A stretch of 64,000 nucleotides of DNA from NCBI RefSeq assembly GCF_009914755.1, contig NC_060927.1. One strand, given 5' to 3'. The translations under genes and the position numbers were made by a program. The first letter of the stretch is position 1, and the number at the start of each line of letters is the position of its first letter. Positions 41,877 to 55,479 of this stretch are shown here, piece by piece. This DNA is from the human T2T-CHM13v2.0 reference genome, Homo sapiens. Below the pieces are notes generated by a model that searched no databases, had not been told where the DNA came from, and saw nothing but the letters and a program-made list of their open reading frames with translations.

Positions 41877-42619
41877 GATACGTTCCAGTTTTAATCTGAA
41901 ATGTGAATACAAGGTAGAAAAAAAATCCTAGCAGGACCCAGATTTGCAGCACCTCTGTTCAACTTGATTTTCTTCTCATTTTGGATTTTTCTAACCTCAT
42001 GGCTGAAGAATGAGTGCTACAAGTTCTAAAAATTTGTCTTTTCTGAGTCCCATCTAACAGAAAATGCAAAGCATCTTTTCCAGTCACTTCACAAGGCTTG
42101 AGATATATTGTTTACCACAATGCAGAACAATGGCTTGGATAATCTGATGCACTGCTCCAGTGGTCTTGAGTGTGGAACCTCAATAGCACAAACTAGGCTG
42201 AGAGTATAATTTAGCTGATTTCCAAATAATAATCAAAAACTTGCTGGAGGTAAGCAGAGTAATGCCAGGCAGCCAAATCAGCACACTCTGGAAGGACTGC
42301 AGAGGCAGAATACTGACTTGGTTTGCACTTTTTCTCCAAAAGGATCATTTGTTTTCTCTCATACTGAATAACTTTGAACTAAAGACAAACACAGTGAGTA
42401 CCTGTTGCCAAAAAATAGATAAATTTAATGGATTATCCAATAAGGTATTGAGGGTTCATATTTGTGTATTTGTTTTGCTTTTTCTCAGTCACCACGAAAC
42501 CTAACCAGAGATAAAATGAAAATACGTAATAAAAAGTTACTTTAAAGATGTCTTTTCTAATAAAATTTTTTATTCATTTCTTATTCAAATTAACATTAAA
42601 ATAACTTTGGTACTACATG

Positions 42620-42800
42620 TGTATTATGTGTGCCTATATACGTATACATACACACACACATATGTATACTACATCTATATACTTGCAAATCTCTATATCT
42701 ATATGTCTATATTGTATATACAGTATGTATATATAGTGCATATGCATATATAAAAGTAGATATAGTACATATACCTACTTATTATATCCAAATGTCTACA
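42620..42800. repeat. Low-complexity TA/CA-rich tract
   Basis: Direct reading. Confidence 0.7.
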
Positions 42801-43294
42801 TCTTCATATATCTAAATATAAACAAAATTAAATAGTTATGTCAATTTTTGATGCCATTTATCATATCTATTTTTATTATGCTCCTGAACATCCAATATAT
42901 TCATAATACATGATAGCAGCTTTGATTTAATGTAAGATTTCTGAACAGTGGATTTTACTTTTTGTTATAGCAAATTGTCTTTAGTGATTTTAGATGATGA
43001 TATCATTAGAAAATTTTTTTTTAATATTTGAAATAACTCAGACAAAAAATTTTGGTTAATAAATTTGTATATGGGTATAATACATTGTGTATATACATAT
43101 GTGTATGTGTGCATGTGTGTGTGTATATACCAAGGATTACATATGAAAGAATTCAGGAATCAGAAAATGTATTTTTCTATGTGCTACAAAACCTGGTTTG
43201 TTTCTAAAATTTTTGCAAGATAGACATCTGACCTTAACCAACCCACATAATCCCTCTGGATCAGTTTCTTCTTACCAAATGTAAATTGCAGCAT

Positions 43295-43620
43295 ATATTT
43301 GTTCACAAAATATTTATTGAACATCTATTATGTGTCAGGTACTGTTGTAGGTTCTGAAGTCATAGCAGTGAACAAAACTGACAAAGAGGACCCTGCTGGC
43401 ACAGAATATATATTCTTGTGAAAAAGAGACAATAAATAAGAAAGAGTAAAATCCCTTAAAAAAAGACTGTGATGAGTGCTAACGTTTTTAGAGAAACTAT
43501 GGAATGAGAGTAGAAAGTGATATAGTAGCAGGTTGATCAGTAAAATAGGGTAAGTGGTGAAGGGCCTGAAGTTGTTTCTTAGGAATGTCAAATTCTATTC
43601 TGGAGAACACATTCTAGGCC
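43295..43620 (-). mobile_element. L2 3' end (preceded by a short MIR remnant ~43230-43285)
   Basis: AAATATTTATTGAACATCTATTATGTGTCAGGTACTGTT..AGG...AGCAGTGAACAAAAC. Confidence 0.8.
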
Positions 43621-44929
43621 TTAAACATTCTGTCTGAATTTTTCAAGTAAATAATTGTATATGTGACTGAATATCAATTAAAACAGGCAAAGTAATATTT
43701 ACCGTGTTTAATAAATTCATTTCTCAACTGGAAAAAAGTAATCTTTCTCAGAGGACTCCTTATTATTCAAGTTACCACAGCCCAAACCCTCCAATTATTT
43801 AGAATATTATATGCTTCAAATAAATTAACCAAATTATTTTCTAAAAATCTTTGTTTAAATGTGTATATGTATATATTATATTTTATATTTATTATACACA
43901 TACTAGTATATATGAAAAGCAATTAATATTTTATTTTCAGTTCTTCCAATATTTGGAACTAAAGAGAAAATTTGCTTTTGTAGCAAGTCACTGTTGAAAA
44001 TGATATATGTGGCTAAAAGTTTTAATCCTCTCATATTTTCTTTTAATTTTCAGGCTCTCAAATTAATGCCAATAAAAAATTCTTCAATTAACAGTCTGTG
44101 GGAACAAATTCCTTCACACAATTCCTATCATTGAAGGATTATTTAACCTTCACATAACCCCTTTAACAGAATTACTAACACTGAGATCTTCAATAAGAAA
44201 ATATAATTCAGAGTGAAAAGAATGAATAAAATTGTGGTAGGTGACACTGGAAACAGATTTGAAATGACAATGTGTGTTGTGAAATTATTATTTCTCCTGT
44301 CACATCTTTATTTCCTAAAGCAGCCTAGAGTTTTCAGTTTATTCATAATTCTTATTTATTTTGACTTAGAAACACTAACAATGAATTTAATTAAATTAAT
44401 TGTGACTCAAGCATTATTGCTGCATTTCAAAAAAATAACATAAAATAAATATTTAAACTGTTGTGACCTTCACTTGCATGTACCAAAATATGAGCAACTA
44501 TTTATCAGATAATTCTTATATTTAGGAATATCTAAATACCTTCTATTAAGGTATATTATATAATTGTTATATTTAAGCATTAAGATTTATAGAAATATTT
44601 CAGGAAATATAGCCATCTTTCTAGCAATAAAAGCATTTCATAAACCCATGCAGACTGTCATCCCAAGACTGAATAGGTAAACAGGTCCAAATTATATCAT
44701 CAGAGTCAGCAATTAAGAATTTTAGGTTGCTACATCCTTATTACTTCTCTAGTTTAATTCGATTACAACAATATAATTAATAAGCACAGAGGCACATATA
44801 CAACCTTGTTTGTCTGATCTATTCTAGTTGGCACCCTTACTTGGGGAAAAGTCACAGAAGCCCATGTCAAAATAAGATGGAAACTCCTAGTGTCTTGGTC
44901 GAGACTTCCTGGAATTGGAGAAATTGTAG

Positions 44930-45560
44930 CTGACAATTATTTAAATTGCCCTTCCTCTTTCAACCACAATCATTTTTTGCACCAATAATGTTTAGGGGTC
45001 CTACCTTCAGTTATTCAAGATAAAATTTATAATTTTTAGTATATCATTCAGAGACCTTCATTATTGTTTATTGGTTCATTTTTTTCATGCTCATTTCTAG
45101 CTACTCCTCTATAAAAACCTTGAATAAAAGCCACTCCAGTATGTCTGATTTCAGAAGAAATATTTTCTCTTACTTTTGTGCTTTTATTCATCTTCCTGGA
45201 AAGTTGTTTCTTCTATACGTGGCTAACTCCCAATCATTCTCCAAAACTTATCTCAGGCATTACCTTTTCTGAAATATTATTTTCCATGCGACACTGTGGA
45301 TTAGAAGTTTTTCAATGCATCCCCACCATAGCATTATGTATTTCCTCCCATATTAACAGTTGCATTCTGTCATAATTGATAATATAGAATTAATGGGGCA
45401 TAGATAATATATATTTGGAAAAGTAGATTTTGGGAGGTCAGGCTGACCTGGATTCAACACTATCCTTAAGTGTTGAACAAGTTAATGAATCATATTTAGT
45501 CTTGTTTTTCTCTTCTGTAAAATGAGGGCTAAAAGTTTATGCAATAAAAGAAAGTTTTGA
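44930..45560 (+). mobile_element. L2 fragment followed by MIR (~45390-45560)
   Basis: TGGCTAACTCCCAATCATTCT (L2-type); GACCTGGATTCAA...TTTTCTCTTCTGTAAAATGAGG (MIR). Confidence 0.5.
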
Positions 45561-46789
45561 CAATAAATTATCTATTAATTCATATATATATACATATATA
45601 TACACATCTGAATAAATAAATGAATAAAAGAAGAGAGAGAAACATAGAGACAAAGAGAGGAAGAAAATCTGAGAATAGAAAATGGTGTGATTTATACAGC
45701 ATAGGATTTTACCATCTAACCATAAAAAGAAAGTGAAGAAAAATATTTTTTTCTAAATTTGGAAATTTAAGACTTAAGAAATAAAGAGAATAGGAAAAAT
45801 AATAATTCAAGACAACGTAGCTAAATTATTGGAATAAATGAGCAAGGCTCATGAAATGTTCTTTTCAAAGAGATTTTTTAAGTTTATAAATTTCAGACAA
45901 TAGTAAATTCTGGATAGAGCCATAAGAGTAGTTTACTTAAATGAAGTAAAAACAGTTCTCCAGCTATGAAAATTTGTATACTTCAAAAATATAATATGTA
46001 TATAATTATATAACATACATGTTTAAAGATATTGTTAATAAAACTTCTATAACTATTGAGTTCATATTACACTATTTTATAAAAGTGTATCAAAATTTAT
46101 TCTATCACGTGGGTAACGTTTAGCTCATTTCCAGTTCCACTATTGTAAATCATCCATTATATACATATGTGTGTGTCTATAAATGTTTATTTATAATGTT
46201 TTATCTGTATTGTGCATTATTTCTCCTGAAAAAAAAATTCTAGAAATGTAATTTTAAAAATTATGACAAAGATTCATGTACAAATTGTCAAATATCTTTA
46301 CAGATAGGGTTAGGCCATATACAAATGCAATCTCACTGGTATAGGATAGAAGACTTCCATGCATTACACTTTTCCCATCATTAATTCATATTACTTTTGG
46401 ACAACTTACAGTAATTTGAACAACATATTAATTACTTTCTTATAGATTGTTATTCTTATATAATACAAGTTTTTTAATAACTAAATATATGTCTTTTAAA
46501 TGTTTCCTTGAATGTCAAGTGCATTTTTGGTCCATCTAAATTGCTTAATTTTCCAGTGATAGTCATTTGAAACTATTTTTCAGGAGCCCCAATTATTCTT
46601 ATTTTAAATCACATTCCTCTTTAATTCATAACAAAGACTCCTCTCCATCATTTTAACTATCATTTCTCACTGTCTATTCAAATAAAGTCAACCCAAATAT
46701 CAGTCTTTAAAATCACTGATAAAATCTTCATCCTCAACTCATGTCTTTCTTCCTTTAAAGTACTTACTGGATTACAGTTTGGGTTTTGT

Positions 46790-46838
46790 TTCATTCATTC
46801 ATTCATTCATTCATTCATTCATCTATGCATTCATTCAT
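46790..46838. repeat. (TTCA)n tract, probable L2 tail
   Basis: Direct reading. It is followed by AAAATATTTGAGAATACATA, an L2-like end. Confidence 0.75.
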
Positions 46839-46872
46839 ATAATTCAAAAATCAAAATATTTGAGAATACATA

Positions 46873-47268
46873 TGTAATGAGCAGAATTGTACCATTTTGA
46901 AATTCGTATGTTGAAGGCCTAATTCACAATGTGCTGGATTTGGAGATAAGGACTTTAAGAAAGTAATTAAGGTTAAATAATGTCATAAAAGTGGGCCTCT
47001 AAATCTTATAGGACTAGTGTCTTTACAAGAAGAGTTAGAGACACTGAAGATCTCTTATTTCTCTGCACATGCTCACAAAAGAAAGGTCATGTGAGGACAC
47101 AGTGAGAAGGTGGCCATTTGCAAACTGAAGACAGAGTCCTCACCAGAAACTAACCCTACTACCATCTTGATCTTGAAATTCCAGCCTCCAGAACTGTGAG
47201 AAAATAAATTTCTCTTTTTTAATCTACTCTGTGGTATTTTGCTTTGGCAGTCTTAGAAAACTAATGCA
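46873..47268 (+). mobile_element. MLT1A/B-like LTR
   Basis: AAATTCGTATGTTGAAG..TAAGGTTAAAT..CATGTGAGGACACAGTGAGAAGGTGGCCA..CCAGCCTCCAGAACTGTGAGAAAATAAAT..ACTAATGCA. Confidence 0.88.
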
Positions 47269-47279
47269 ACGTGCAATAT

Positions 47280-48060
47280 AAACTCTCCACACTCCACCTT
47301 CTAGTCCCCTAATTCATTTACATAGAGGCAGCAATTTTATTAATTTTAGAGTTCTTCTAGAAATATTTGTTGCATGTATAAGTAAACACACACACATTCA
47401 TATCTTTTCATTTATTTTTTATAAATGATACAACACACTACCTATACTGCCATTCACATTGTTTTTTATTAAACTGTATTAATTAGCCACCATTTATAAC
47501 TGTAAAAAAAAAAAGGAGATTTCTCATTAATTTTTTTTTTGAGACTGAGTTTTGCTCTGTCACCCAGGCTGGAGTGCAGTGGCATAATCTCAGCTCACTG
47601 CAAGCTCTGCCTCCTGGGTTCATGCCATTCTCCTGCCTCAACCTCCCGAGATTTCTCATTAATTTTTAAGTGGCTTATGAAGTCATCAAAATTTATTTAG
47701 CCATTCCTCCAATAATAAAATTTTATTTTCAGTATTTTGCTACTAAAAATTTGTTAGACTGCAAAAATTGTATATGTATCATTTCCTACTTTGCAAATAT
47801 ATCTGTAGTATAAACTTCTAAAAGGAGAATTGTTTTATCAAGGATTTTAGTACTCACAATTTTTATAGAAATTGCTAGTCTTCTATATGGGATTGTCTTA
47901 ATTTACACTTCCTCCAGAAATATGCAAAAATTTCTGTTATCACAAACACTTTCTGTTACTAAACTTTTAGATATTTGAGAACATATGTGAAATGTAATAA
48001 TTTGTATGGTATTTATTTATATTTTTATTACTCTTAGTAAGTTTGAACATTTCTGTTCAA
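47280..48060 (-). mobile_element. L1ME-like 3' fragment
   Basis: Degenerate antisense L1 3' motifs (ATTTATTTAGCCATTCC; TTTTGCTACTA; AATTTACACTTCC). Confidence 0.55.
47536..47650 (-). mobile_element. 5'-truncated AluY (right-arm ~110 bp)
   Basis: Poly(T), then GAGACTGAGT...CCTCCCGAG. TSD GAGATTTCTCATTAATTTTT at 47516-47535 and 47648-47667. Confidence 0.92.
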
Positions 48061-49136
48061 GAGATGGAAATAAAATTGTTGGCTGGGCTTTTCTTCCTTT
48101 TCATATTTTACTATGCTATTCAATATTTTCCTGCATAAAACATTGTCAAAAAATTCATCTATCTTTCATTTTCTTACAAATAATATGACCTTTGTGGTTT
48201 GCTTGCTCATTTGTTTTTTATGTCTAGCTATTTTAGCAGATTAGTTTCAATTGTATTTGCTTTAAGTTTATTGTAGAATGCCCTTTTGATACAAACTTTC
48301 AAATGTTTTAATTCTTTACAAAAAAAAGTCAAATATTTTGAAATGTAGTTTTTAGGTTGCTAGTATTTGGGCTGTTTCACTCTGTTTTCTTATATATATA
48401 ATGTGTGTATATATATATATATTTCTTATATATACATGTAGACCTTTGGTATACATGAATTGGCTTTTGCTTACCTAACTTCTCTATTTTTTCTCATTTC
48501 TTATTATAACTTTTATTCCTTTTTAAAAAAGTTTCATTCTTTCACCTTCTAGCATCTTATGTCATTTTTCTTGATCTTTTAAAAAAATATTTTATTTCTC
48601 ATTTATTCTTCATTTCTGGAATGTTTCCTTTTACTATTTTATAAATATTTCTTGAAGTCTCATGTCTATTTTCTGAGTTTTTATATTTCTGACTTTGTTG
48701 TGTTTTTATATTTTTATCTGTTTTTACTTTAAAGATAATTTTAATATATGTGGTCATGACTTTCTGACATCTTTTCATTGTCTGTACAGATGTCATTCTG
48801 TTTTTATACTTTGAAAAAAATACTTCTGAATGGAATTCTTGATCTCAATTATTTTCTGTTACTCATTATTAAGCTAGGTTTATTTTCTTGACCTTTTAAA
48901 TAAGATAAATTGGCCAGGGAAGCTTTTATAGTTTCATTTCTCCAGAAATTTCTGTTGTTTTTGTAAAGTGATTTAAAAAAAAAAAAACTCCTATTTTCTG
49001 ACATCTCCCAACTTTGTTACATATTCACCTCTTATGTGGTCTTGTTCCTTTGTCCCTATTGCATCTGTCCTGATTAGTTAGGAAAATATCAGTAGCAGTT
49101 TCTCCTTAGTGTGAGACTCTTTCATGGTTCAGCTAG

Positions 49137-49470
<334 letters not shown>

Positions 49471-50329
49471 AATTTTCAAAGTTCTTAAAGCCCAAATGAT
49501 CCCAAATCTTCAAGCATGATTCCGGATCACCAGTACTTTCCCAAAATTTAAGTGTAGATTGCTTCTCAGTTAAATTGTCTGTTTTCAAACTGCCCTAGTG
49601 TACATCCTAGTGAATATCTGTATGATATTTGGGGCAGGATGCTACTCTTTGTATCCCCTCCAACATGTCTTCACTTCTGTGATGATTTAATTTTTATAAC
49701 TTTTTTTTTTGTTTTCCTTCCTCAGATTTCAGTATATCCTCTTGTCTTTGCATTTCTTTCCTAACTTTGTGTATTTCTACAATGTGGATTTGTTTCTCAA
49801 CTACAATCATCTTGTTATGTTTTTATAAAATTTATAGAAAAATATTTAGTTTTGGTTTTCATTGTTTTCCCTTGGAATTTTTTTCTTGTGAATGTTTTTT
49901 GTTTATGATTTGCTTTTCCTTTGCTCTGACAGCATAGTTGTAGATACAGTCATATTTCCTGAAGAAAGTAGGTTTTTCTGTTTCTAAAGACTCTGATTCC
50001 CTTTATAAGCAATGCCATCATAGTAGAGAATTCGCTGTTTAATAACAGGCTGCCCTCTATTTCTATGTTAGGGCTTCACAGTGAAGAAAAACAGAACTCA
50101 TGTTTTAACCTCATGCTTGCTGGGTGCACTTACCAACAGCTTCATTAAATTTCTAGATTCTTGCAAAAGGTTTATTTTTGCAGTCTTCATGTCAACTGTA
50201 ATTGTTCTCTTTACTGTCCTCACAACAGAATAAAATACATCAAGGAGAGCTTGCCAGGGGCTATGTTAAATGAGAAGATTTTTGATAATTATTCTGTAAA
50301 CCATGTTTTTGGGAAAGTTGTGTGCCAGT

Positions 50330-50650
50330 GAAACAAATATTCATTTAGTGCTTGTTTGTACATAGATAAAGATACAGACTAACATCGAATGTAATGGTGA
50401 ACAGCAAAGAAAAAGTTTTAACATTCAAGGATTTTATATTAATGGGAGAAGAGATATATAAAGAAATAAACAGTTAACTAAGTTGCACTTCAGAAAGCTA
50501 CTTAGAGAAAAATTAAGCATGGTAAGTGTGATAGGGAAGCCCTGGAGATTGGTTAGGATTGCTGTTTTATATAGGGAAAGCAAGAAAAACCTCAGTAGTA
50601 GATTAAAAGTTGAGCAGCGACTGGAAAGAAGCAGAGGTAGCCATGGAAAC
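50330..50650 (-). mobile_element. L2 3' fragment
   Basis: AACAAATATTCATTTAGTGCTT...; TTGAGCAGCGACTGGAAAGAAGCAGAGGTAGCCATG. Confidence 0.6.
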
Positions 50651-50987
50651 AACTGTTGAGGGCCTACATCTTAGGAGTCTAAATGTACATGGAACTCAAG
50701 AGCTTGATTCTACTCTACCTTTAAGGTATGTTTATGTGTGTTCTGTCCTAGAATTTTATAAACTTAGTATTCTTAACCCTTTTTTTACTTTATAATTTAA
50801 TTGATCCTTTAGTTATAGGTTTCATGTTTTTCTACTCTTACATTATTTTAATACTAGATTTAGAGTGATACTTTTTTTCCAGTTACAATATGATTTTCTG
50901 TATTACTGACTATGGAAACTTTCTGATACATTGTCAGAGAGTTTCCAAAATATTATTTAAACAAATTTGTGATAATTATGTATTCTC

Positions 50988-51453
50988 TGTTATAGGTTGA
51001 ATTGTGTCCCTTAAAAAGAGATGTTGAAGTCCCAATCCCCAGTACCTGAGAAATGGGTCAGATTTAGAAATAGGATTGTTGCTAATGTAGTCAGTTACAA
51101 TGAGGTCATTAGGGTGGGTCCTAATTCAATGTGACTGTTGTCTTTATTAAAGGGGTAAATTTGGAGACAGAGACAGACATGAATAGAGGGAAGACAATGT
51201 GAAGACATACAGGGAGAAGGTGACCATGTGACAGGAGTGGTGTTCCTACAAGCCAAGGATTGCCAATAAACCACCAAAAGCAAGAAAATTCAGGGCAAGA
51301 TACTCCTCCAGAGGCTTTAAAGAAAGCATGGCCCTGCCAATACCTTGATTTTGGATTTCTAGCCTCCACAGCTGTGAAAGAATAAATGCATGTTGTCTTA
51401 AGCCACCTAGTTTTTGATATTTTCTTATGACCTTTCCCTAGGAAATTAGTATA
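50988..51453 (+). mobile_element. MLT1C-like LTR
   Basis: TGTTATAGGTTGAATTGTGTCCC start; CTACAAGCCAAGGATTGCC; AATAAATG; GGAAATTAGTATA end. Confidence 0.88.
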
Positions 51454-51756
51454 TCCTTGTATGTCTTGCATTTTCTTTATGCCTCACTGAGCTATGCCAA
51501 CATAGAAATAGAAAAATGCAATTTTTAAAAATTTTTATTGCCATCAGCTTACCAAATCCCTCCTCCTTTTATTTTACTTACTTCACAGCTTTGGAAAGGT
51601 CCCTGCTTCCTCTGAGTCTTCTACAGATACAGCAAGAACCCATTGGACGAGGTGACCCATGGCTTTCTCCTATAACTGGAGTATCTTCTGGCCAGGCCCA
51701 TGGAGGAATACTCCCTAATAACCAAATTCTGAGGCATTCATTCATTATCTTTAAAG

Positions 51757-51918
51757 CAGTGCTTCCCAAACTGTAACATGTATGTTAATATAAATTACCT
51801 ATTGATCTTGTTAAAATGCATAGTCTAATTGAGTATTCTGATTGAATATTTTATATTTCTAATAAGTTACCTAACAATGCTGATGCTCGTGTTCCAAGGA
51901 CTGCATATTGAGACACAA
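51757..51918. mobile_element. MER5-type hAT-Charlie DNA transposon fossil
   Basis: CAGTGCTTCCCAAACT start; CTTGTTAAAATGCA; ATTTCTAATAAGTT..TGCTGATGCT. Confidence 0.7.
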
Positions 51919-52506
51919 AACTCTAAAACTTGACCCATAACTCAAGTCATAAACCCAAGTATCATTCTTAACTTCCTCAGCCAAAACTACTTCCAGGTTA
52001 AGCAGCAGTTTTCTGCATTTTTGAAAAATGGTACTTCTCTAGATGTTGAAACTTGAAAAAGATATTCTATTGGTGAATAAATTAAAAATAGATGCCCCAC
52101 TTGGTTGGATATTTTAGGAGACAACACAGCTTCTGTTGGAATATATAGTTCTAACAGGACTCAAGGACTGGCAAATTAAACAAGAGCTGCATTTCAGTCC
52201 CCACTTTCCTTTTACTCAAATGTCTTTAAAAGGCACAACCTGCAAAAAGTGAGGCCTATCCCTTCTCCACCTTCCTGCTCATCAAGAGCAATCAAGTTAT
52301 GTCAAGTATAATTCAAATATTCTCTTTAATCTATCTTCTTTTTCCTCCTTGATTCATTCAGACATTAATCGCATGTAATCTAATTACTTATCTTCAATCA
52401 CTTACCCCAGAAAAATATTTTCTTTATTGCAACCATATTTACCCTTCTAAAACATAACTCTACTTATCTTCTTCCTCTCCTTAAAAATGTATGAAGAGTA
52501 CACACC

Positions 52507-52866
52507 GTTATTAGTCCATTCTCACGCTACTGTGAAGAAGTTCCCAAGACTGGGTAATTTATAAAAAGGAAAGAGGTTTAATTGACTCACAGTTCAGCAT
52601 GGCTGGGGAGTTCTCAGGAAACTTCTAATCATGGCAGAAGGCACCTCTTCACAGGGTGACAGGAGAATGAGTGCCAGAGAGGAAATCCCAGACACCTATA
52701 AAACCATCAGATCTCATGAGATTCTCTTACTATCATGAGAACAGCATGCGGGAAATAGTCCTCATGATCCAATTACTTTCCAGTGGGTCCCTCCCAGGAC
52801 TTGTGGGGATTATGGTAACTACAATTCAAGATGAGATTTAGGTGGGGACACAACCAAACGATATCA
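52507..52866 (-). mobile_element. THE1 (C/D-like) solo LTR
   Basis: TATTAGTCCATTCTCACGCT..GACTGGGTAATTTATAAA..GGTGGGGACACA..ATATCA. TSD ACACC at 52502-52506 and 52867-52871. Confidence 0.92.
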
Positions 52867-53389
52867 ACACCTTCAAGATGATAACCTACAAATCCCTCAG
52901 CATGACATAGAAGAGGTTTTAAGGTACTACCCTAACTATGACTTAAGGTTGACTGTACTTCTTTGGTTTCTATTTCCCTATATCTCACCCGTGTATTTGC
53001 CTAGAGTTTCTGGCCACTATTGTGGTATTCCAGGTGCGGTGGAACTTAAAATTATCAAGCCCAGACTAGGTTGGCAAACAAAACAAGCATACTATAGTCC
53101 AATGGAGAGAATTATAATATCAAGAGGCTTTGCTACAAGTGAAAGCTTGCATGTAATAATAGAACTTAATACTAACCTTCAATGTAGTTATTCATTAGAT
53201 TTTGTTAAAGTCTTAACACAGTTCACAAGTAAAAACAAACAAACAAAAACATGTTTATCTATGATACTGTAAAAGATAGTGTCTGTGACTCATTAAAATG
53301 GGTAATGTCTTCCTGGGCACAGAGCCAGACTCCATTTCTTACTCTCACTTCTACATAAGTATAGCCATATATCTAAGTTCTAAATGATG

Positions 53390-53895
53390 TGTGCTACATT
53401 GTTACAACAATGCCTCCTAGTGAATTATATCTCTGTACATCTCCATTGCTTTACAAGGTGACTTCACAACTCTTCATATCAAAAGATGGAGTTCATTTCC
53501 AACCTCTTTTAATTCAGACTGGCCTTGGGACTTCTTTTGAGCAACAAAATATGGCAGGAATAATGTTGTGATCTCTGAGGTAGGTCTTACGCATCTTGCA
53601 GCTTCTGTTTGCATCCTCCACCGTCCACTTGCATTTTAGTCTTTCATTTTAGGCTTCTCCAAAGCATAGGCATTGCTTTTCTATGCCTATGCTTTGGAGA
53701 AGCCTAAAATGAAAGACTACTTGACCAGGTCCCAACTGATCCATCAGCTGAATGCAGCCAATGACTTAGCCAAAACAAGACTAGCAGAAGATCAACTCAA
53801 TCAAATCATGAAATTGTGTGTATCAGGGGAAACATTGTAGTTGTTTTGGGACATGGAGTGTTGGAGTGATCCTTTACACAGAAATAGATATAGAA
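53390..53895 (+). mobile_element. MLT1G/H-like LTR containing a perfect inverted repeat
   Basis: ATCAAAAGATGGAGT..GACTGGCCTTGGGACTT..CAAAATATGGCAGGAAT; CAGCTGAATGCAGCCA; CACAGAAATAGATA end. Confidence 0.65.
53637..53719. repeat. Perfect inverted repeat, 37-bp arms with 9-nt loop
   Basis: TAGTCTTTCATTTTAGGCTTCTCCAAAGCATAGGCAT (53637-53673) / TGCTTTTCT / exact reverse complement (53683-53719). Confidence 0.97.
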
Positions 53896-55099
53896 AGTGA
53901 CATTTCCAAAAATAATTGTACCATTTCCAGAACTGACCCAAAATACTCTCTTCCTTTTCTCATTAGCTGGAATGGAGATGATTCCCAAAAAACCTTAGAA
54001 GGCATTACTGAAGATAGAAAAACCTCCCAGAGCCTGATTTCTGAATGATTGTCCATTTGGCATAGTCACCAGGTAAGTTCAGAACTGCAAGAAATAAAAA
54101 GTATATTTTAGTCATTTTACATTTTGAGTTTTAGTACAGAATTTCACTTACACTAAGTAATATACAAGCAGTAATACCATTAATATAGTATTTGGCATTT
54201 GTTTAGCTAATGTCTAGTTTCAGAAGCGTTTTATTTAAAAACAAATAGCTTTTGTGAAAAATTATTGGTTATTTATATATAATTATATTTGCAATATAAA
54301 TTAATTTTTTTCACACAAAAACATTTTGGTAAAATAGAGAAAAATTCAGGATAGGGAAGCATTTACCTATAATTCCAATACTTGCATGTTTTATTTCTTG
54401 CATGTGTGCATTTTTTACTAAATTTATACTTTAAGCTAACATATTATATACAATTTCTATACTAATTCATAACTTTTTAAAATGGTTGCATCACACTCCA
54501 TCTAGTGGATACAGCATAACATTTCTTATGCCTTTTTATTAATAATTTAAGTTCCAAATACTCAGTGTTGTAATTCTATAATGAGCATTTTTGTAAACAT
54601 AGCTTTTTCTTTTTTATGTCACTCCTTTATTTGCCACTCTTAAACTCAACATTTTATTACTTATGTTGAGTTATTCAAATTATTTAGTGCACTTAATTCA
54701 CTTCACAAATTATTTGCTTTAAGTTTATGTTATGGTTATTTAAAAGACAATAATATTAATATAATATTGAATTCTTTATCAAACACCACAGTTTCCCCTC
54801 AATTTTCAAGCTTAATCACTATATAGAATGTGAAATAATGATGATTATTTCTTTCTCCCCCCAAAATGTTTAGGCTGTTATTTCCCAAAAAATGGCTTAA
54901 TACTTTGTACGTCTTTTTTTCTATATGATTAATGATAGCTATTTTCCAAAAACCAAGAACCAAGAACACTTTTGTTCTACTGAACCATGTTCTCCATATT
55001 ATATTACCCCGAAGAGACAATGATTTCATGTAACGCAATAAGATAACCATACCTACTACCCTATCATTGACTTCTTCACATCTTCTTCTGTTTATCTCT

Positions 55100-55450
55100 A
55101 CTTGAATATATTGCTGACACCTGAAATGTAAAAATTTTAAAACAACATAAATTACATTATCTGTCAACACATACTTTCTCCAATGTTTCTATTACTTTTA
55201 AAATGTTGTCAACATCCTCAAGCTTACCCAGAGCTTTCCCCTGCTATTCAGACTCCTGTATTTTTCATTAGCTGGCCCATAGGCTCCTGAAAAATAATAT
55301 ATGTCCAAAATGAAACCAATCATTTTACTTTTGCATGTACTTCGATTTCTGATTTTTCCCTCTCTGTGAGTCGTAGTATCAATCCAAGTCATTCAAACCA
55401 AAAACCAGAGTCATACTCATGCTACCAAAACCCTTCTTATCTGATCACTC
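55100..55450 (+). mobile_element. L2 fragment
   Basis: ATCTCTACTTGAATAT..; ATATGTCCAAAATGAAAC; ATCCAAGTCATTCAAACCAAAAACCAGAGTCAT. Confidence 0.55.
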
Positions 55451-55479
55451 TTTTTATTTGGTTTTGTTCATTTTTGCTT

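Larger units (their letters stand above)
38630..42300 (-). mobile_element. Ancient MLT1J/K-like LTR split by the HERV-L insertion (pieces ~38630-38737 and ~41880-42300)
   Basis: TTGATTGTAACTGACAGCAATTCCTACCCAAACTAGCTAA start motif, with a degenerate continuation after the provirus. Confidence 0.45.

Noticed and set aside
44030-44080. Polypyrimidine tract + CAG followed by AATAAA, a possible terminal exon
   Set aside because: Such motifs are frequent in AT-rich DNA, and no partner exon or ORF supports it.
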